From contig JAKAQO010000006.1 in the NCBI GenBank assembly GCA_021822495.1, positions 20,092 through 84,091 of the forward strand: a stretch of DNA of 64,000 bases, in the 5' to 3' direction. Position numbers and translations under genes: made by a program. The number at the start of each line of letters is the position of its first letter. Position 1 is the first letter of the stretch. The DNA comes from a bacterium (GTDB lineage Bacteria > Elusimicrobiota > Elusimicrobia > UBA1565 > UBA9628). Positions 60,395 to 64,000 of the stretch are shown here, piece after piece. The notes beneath the pieces were generated by a model. It saw only the letters and a program-made list of their open reading frames with translations. It did not search any database and was not told the DNA's origin.

Positions 60395-63300
60395 ATGCAC
60401 TTAAAAACGGTGGACATTTTCGGGTATAAATCTTTCGCGCAAAAAACTCATTTGGATCTTCAGCAGGGAATTAATGGAATCATTGGTCCTAATGGCTGCG
60501 GAAAATCCAATATCATGGAATCCATTCGCTGGTGTTTGGGAGAAAGCTCCTGGAAGTCCTTGCGGGCCGACGCCATGACCGATGTCATTTTTGCCGGCAC
60601 CGCCCGAAAGCCCGCCTTGTCTTTTTGCGAAGTGACTTTAACTTTTGACAATTCCTCCCAAGGACTTCCGATTCCGTTCTCGGAAGTGACGGTGACCCGC
60701 CGCCTTTTTAGATCGGGAGAATCTCTTTATTTCTTAAATAAAAGCCAATGCCGCCTTAAAGACGTGCGCGATCTCTTTTTGGATACCGGTCTTGGCAGCG
60801 GCGGCTATGCCGTCATTGATCAAGGCCGCGTGGAAATGATGATTTCGGCCAAACCCGATGAGCGTCGCGCGTTCTTTGAAGAAGCGGCGGGAGTCGCCAA
60901 ATATAATGCGCGAAGAGAAGAAGCCCTTAAGAAACTTGAGCGCGTCGAAGCGGATATGGCTCGCGTAATGGACGCCCGCGCCCTGGTGGATGAACAGGTC
61001 AAAAAACTTGATTCGGACGCCAAGAAGGCCAATCTCTTCCAGAAATATAAGGAAGAATTATCAGCGGCGGAGGCCGCGCAAATTTTAAAAGAGATTTCCC
61101 GACTTGAATCTCTGCTGGAAGAAGGCCGCCTCAAGCGCCAACCATTGGAAGAATCCCTGGGTCAGAAAAAAGTTGAAATCGATGTCGCTGGCGCGGAAAC
61201 TTCCGCCTTGAATTTAGAGCAGGCTCAAGGGCAGGCTCAAGCGATGGAAGCGGGTAAAAAATCCTCGGATATAAAGTCTCAGGTGGCGCGTTTGGAAGAG
61301 AGAATTGGGTCTTGGGAGCGGGAAGCCGCCTCTGCCGCGGAAAGGGTTAAATCTCTTCAGACCGAAGAAATGACTCTGAAAGAAAAAATAGCCTCAACAG
61401 ATGAAGATTTAGATCGGGCGCGCGTGGACTTGGAGAAATTGGAAGCGCAACTTGAGGCTGTTCGTCAGGAAGTGGAAGGCGAGACGGAAAGGATGGAGGG
61501 TTTGTCTTTCCAAGTCTCTCAGGCTCAGTCAGACTGGGAGGAAAAGGGGCGAAAGACGCTTGAGGCTTCTGAGCGGCTTTTAGTTGAAACCCGCAAAGTC
61601 TCCGAAGGTGAGTCGGATTTGACCCGGATAGAGGCTAGAATACGTTCTTCCCTGAGGGAATACGGGAAGGATGTGGAAGCAGCGGCTTCTTTACTAGCGG
61701 CGCTAGACGTTGCGCGCGCGGAGCTTAAACAGTGCGAAAACGTTTTAGAAGCCTCGAAAGGGGATTTGGAAACGACGCGGGCGGAGTTAGAGAAAGCGCG
61801 TCTTAAGGAAAAAGAATTGGACGCGGAAAATTTGCGTCTCCATTCTCAAATAGCGGAAACGCAGGCCCAGCTCAAAGCTTTGGAAGCTCGCGGCGAACAG
61901 GACGCGTATTGGGTGGGCGCTCAGACGGTGGCGCGCGCCGGGCTTCCGGGAATCGTGGGAACCTTGCAATCTCTTTTTGAGGCGGAAGATTCTCTTCGAG
62001 TTAAAATTCAGGATATCTTGGGAGAAAGACTTCATGCGGTGGTGTGCGAGGATTCCGCTTCCGCGCGGAACGCGATTGATTTCTTGAAGGCCTCCAACCG
62101 CGGACGTTGCCGGTTTTTAGTTCTTAGTTCCATTCCTTCCGGCGCTTCCGAGAGAAATTATCCGGGAGAAGCGACGCCGCTTTTATCTAAAATCAAGTTT
62201 GACTCGCGCTATGAGCCTTTGATGCGCTTTCTTTTCGCCGAAAGTTACGCTTTGGGACCCGTGGTCTTTGGCGATCATTGGGTGTTTGGCGGCGCAATTC
62301 TTTCTCCTCAAGAAGGATTGTCCTTGGCGGACATCGAACGTCTTCGGAGAGATTTGGAATCCCTAAAAACGAGCTTGGCGGATGTCGCCGCTCAAAAGCA
62401 AACCGTTTCCGCCTCGATTGGCGATTGGGAAAATAAATCTCGCGTCGCGTCCCAAAAAATGACGGAAGATTTAGGGCGCAGGGAATCTTTGGCCGCCCAG
62501 GTGGTGGAAAAAGAAGCGGTTCTAGCCGCGCGGCAAAAAAATAGTTTGATTGTGGAGACGGAGGCGGTGGAAGGCTTAAAAGAGTGGTCTATCTCCGCTG
62601 ATAAAATCAAAGAGTTAAAAAACGATCTTCAAGCTTTGCGGAGCGCGGAAGAAGCGGCTCGTTTGTCCCAGGAAGAATCTCTGAAAGCCCTTTCCGTTCT
62701 AAAGGAAAAACTGGTTGAGGAAAAGGCTAAACAAGGCGTTGTGAAAGCCCGGCTTGAGGCTTTGGAGGGACAAGCCTTCCAGCTTAAGCGTTCTTGCGAT
62801 CGTCTTGAAAAGGAAAAAGAATCCCATCGTGAATCCATCGCGCGCGCGGTGGAAGCGATTTCTTCCCTGTCCTCCAAACAGGAAGAATGCGCTTTAAGTA
62901 TTGCCCAAGGCCGCCAAGAATTGGACGTTTTCTACCGAGACTTGGCCGTTTCCGAATCGGAGTTGAAAACGGTGATGGAGAGACTTCAGCAATTGGAATT
63001 GGACATCCATCAAAAAGGAGAGTCCTTGAAAATTCTCAAGGCGAACGCCGAAGCCGTTCAAGAAGAGCTTCACGCTTTGGATGTCGAAGCCAGCGCTTCT
63101 AAAAGCGCCCAGGAAAGCCACAAATCTCGCTTGTGGGATCAATGGCAGTTGACCTATGACGAGGCGAAATCTAAATACGAGTCGCAGGAGGAAGTGAACC
63201 CCGAGCGTCTGGAATTTTTGAGAAAGCGCATTAACAGTCTCGGCCACGTCAATATGGCGGCGCCCGAGGAATATCAGGAACTGACCCAGAAGCAAACCTT

Positions 63301-63910
63301 CCTCAATTCCCAGATTGAGGACATTTCCCGCGCCCGGGAAGACTTAAAGCGCGCGATTCAAACCATCAACGATTCGACGAGAGAAAATTTCCGCAACACC
63401 TTTAATGAAATTAGGGACCATTTCAAGAAACTTTACGGGACTCTTTTTGAAGGGGGCGAGGCGGATCTCGTTTTGAGCGATCCGGAGAATATTTTAGAGA
63501 CCGGCATTGAAATCATGGCCCAGCCTCCGGGCAAAAAACTCCAGAGTATGTCTCTTTTGTCCGGCGGAGAAAAAGCTTTGACTGCGGTCGCTCTCTTGTT
63601 TGCCTTTTTCATGGTCCGTCCGTCTCCTTTCTGCATGTTGGATGAGGCCGACGCGGCTTTGGATGACGCCAATGTCGAGCGTTTCGTGGGACTCCTCAAA
63701 GAATTTGAGTCCCGGACGCAGTTCTTAATTGCCAGTCACAACAAGCGAACGATGGAGGCGGCCGACGCGATTTACGGCGTCACGATGGAAGAATTGGGTG
63801 TCAGCCAGCTCATCAGCGTGGATTTCAAGAGTCGGGAGCGCGCCGATATCCAGACATCTCCGCTTTCATCTCAAGAGCCGGCGTCGAGCGAAACCCCTGT
63901 CGCGGCATAA
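60395..63910 (+). CDS. smc: Chromosome segregation protein SMC
   Basis: N-terminal Walker A GPNGCGKSNIMESIRW, long coiled coils, a hinge (GLPGIVGTLQSLF), and C-terminal LSGGEKALTAVALLFA plus MLDEADAALD. ATG 60395 has an AGAGGGA SD. The ORF is open from TTG 60356. Confidence 0.95.
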   Translation: MHLKTVDIFGYKSFAQKTHLDLQQGINGIIGPNGCGKSNIMESIRWCLGESSWKSLRADAMTDVIFAGTARKPALSFCEVTLTFDNSSQGLPIPFSEVTVTRRLFRSGESLYFLNKSQCRLKDVRDLFLDTGLGSGGYAVIDQGRVEMMISAKPDERRAFFEEAAGVAKYNARREEALKKLERVEADMARVMDARALVDEQVKKLDSDAKKANLFQKYKEELSAAEAAQILKEISRLESLLEEGRLKRQPLEESLGQKKVEIDVAGAETSALNLEQAQGQAQAMEAGKKSSDIKSQVARLEERIGSWEREAASAAERVKSLQTEEMTLKEKIASTDEDLDRARVDLEKLEAQLEAVRQEVEGETERMEGLSFQVSQAQSDWEEKGRKTLEASERLLVETRKVSEGESDLTRIEARIRSSLREYGKDVEAAASLLAALDVARAELKQCENVLEASKGDLETTRAELEKARLKEKELDAENLRLHSQIAETQAQLKALEARGEQDAYWVGAQTVARAGLPGIVGTLQSLFEAEDSLRVKIQDILGERLHAVVCEDSASARNAIDFLKASNRGRCRFLVLSSIPSGASERNYPGEATPLLSKIKFDSRYEPLMRFLFAESYALGPVVFGDHWVFGGAILSPQEGLSLADIERLRRDLESLKTSLADVAAQKQTVSASIGDWENKSRVASQKMTEDLGRRESLAAQVVEKEAVLAARQKNSLIVETEAVEGLKEWSISADKIKELKNDLQALRSAEEAARLSQEESLKALSVLKEKLVEEKAKQGVVKARLEALEGQAFQLKRSCDRLEKEKESHRESIARAVEAISSLSSKQEECALSIAQGRQELDVFYRDLAVSESELKTVMERLQQLELDIHQKGESLKILKANAEAVQEELHALDVEASASKSAQESHKSRLWDQWQLTYDEAKSKYESQEEVNPERLEFLRKRINSLGHVNMAAPEEYQELTQKQTFLNSQIEDISRAREDLKRAIQTINDSTRENFRNTFNEIRDHFKKLYGTLFEGGEADLVLSDPENILETGIEIMAQPPGKKLQSMSLLSGGEKALTAVALLFAFFMVRPSPFCMLDEADAALDDANVERFVGLLKEFESRTQFLIASHNKRTMEAADAIYGVTMEELGVSQLISVDFKSRERADIQTSPLSSQEPASSETPVAA

Positions 63911-64000
63911 AACCGAGAATTTCTCGTTTGGTTGCCAGCAAGAATTAGGTCTTTTGCCGAGCCTTGACTAGGCCCTTTGGCCCATCTTTTCTTCCTCATT

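Overview
This is a 64-kb, densely packed chromosomal segment from a diderm, hopanoid-producing bacterium. The diderm call rests on LPS-heptose genes, an AsmA-family gene, OmpA-type domains and TonB/Exb-type genes. The taxon cannot be determined from the sequence alone, and it may be an uncultivated lineage. I call about 58 protein genes and 2 tRNAs: a partial tRNA-Ser(UGA) and an initiator-like tRNA-Met(CAU).

Gene order:
- Housekeeping genes (Thr/Ser dehydratase, ruvC, yebC), two tandem APC amino-acid permeases and a half-size UPF0016 gene.
- A first ExbB-ExbD-TonB-like set.
- A translationally coupled hopanoid plus MEP/isoprenoid operon: shc-hpnH-hpnA-hpnG-ispA-dxs-ispH.
- orn, then a four-lipoprotein cluster (LPP20-like, LpoB-like, unknown, LPP20-like).
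- An AsmA-family gene, engB, a pseudouridine synthase, a methyltransferase and a metallophosphoesterase.
- A 266-bp fold-back MITE-like insertion, an amine oxidase, tRNA-Met and feoAB.
- An exported ankyrin-caspase protein, a Spy/CpxP-like gene and a GT9 heptosyltransferase.
- A GldA/F/G-type ABC system with a DUF4340-like partner, and a GT-C-like membrane protein.
- A nine-gene coupled operon that resembles an expanded, permuted Tol-Pal or Agl-Glt-type envelope motor. It encodes a giant CpoB-like TPR protein, a protein with 8 FlgD-Ig modules plus an OmpA domain, ExbB, two ExbD paralogs, a TonB-like protein, a HAMP-only protein, a receiver-only protein and a mini FlgD-Ig/OmpA-like protein.
- dedA, nupC, a nucleobase-type permease, gmhA plus a heptose adenylyltransferase, a giant NHL/FN3/transglutaminase/TPR exported protein and smc.

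Non-coding signals:
- A recurrent GGGGAC(A/T)GTCCCC bidirectional terminator palindrome sits at convergent gene pairs.
- Extended -10 boxes lie only 6-9 nt from start codons, which suggests leaderless mRNAs.
- Two identical TTGACA-N17-TAGACT promoters precede envelope operons.

I saw no CRISPR array, rRNA, integrase or transposase. All functional calls come from motif recognition in the supplied translations; no database search was run.
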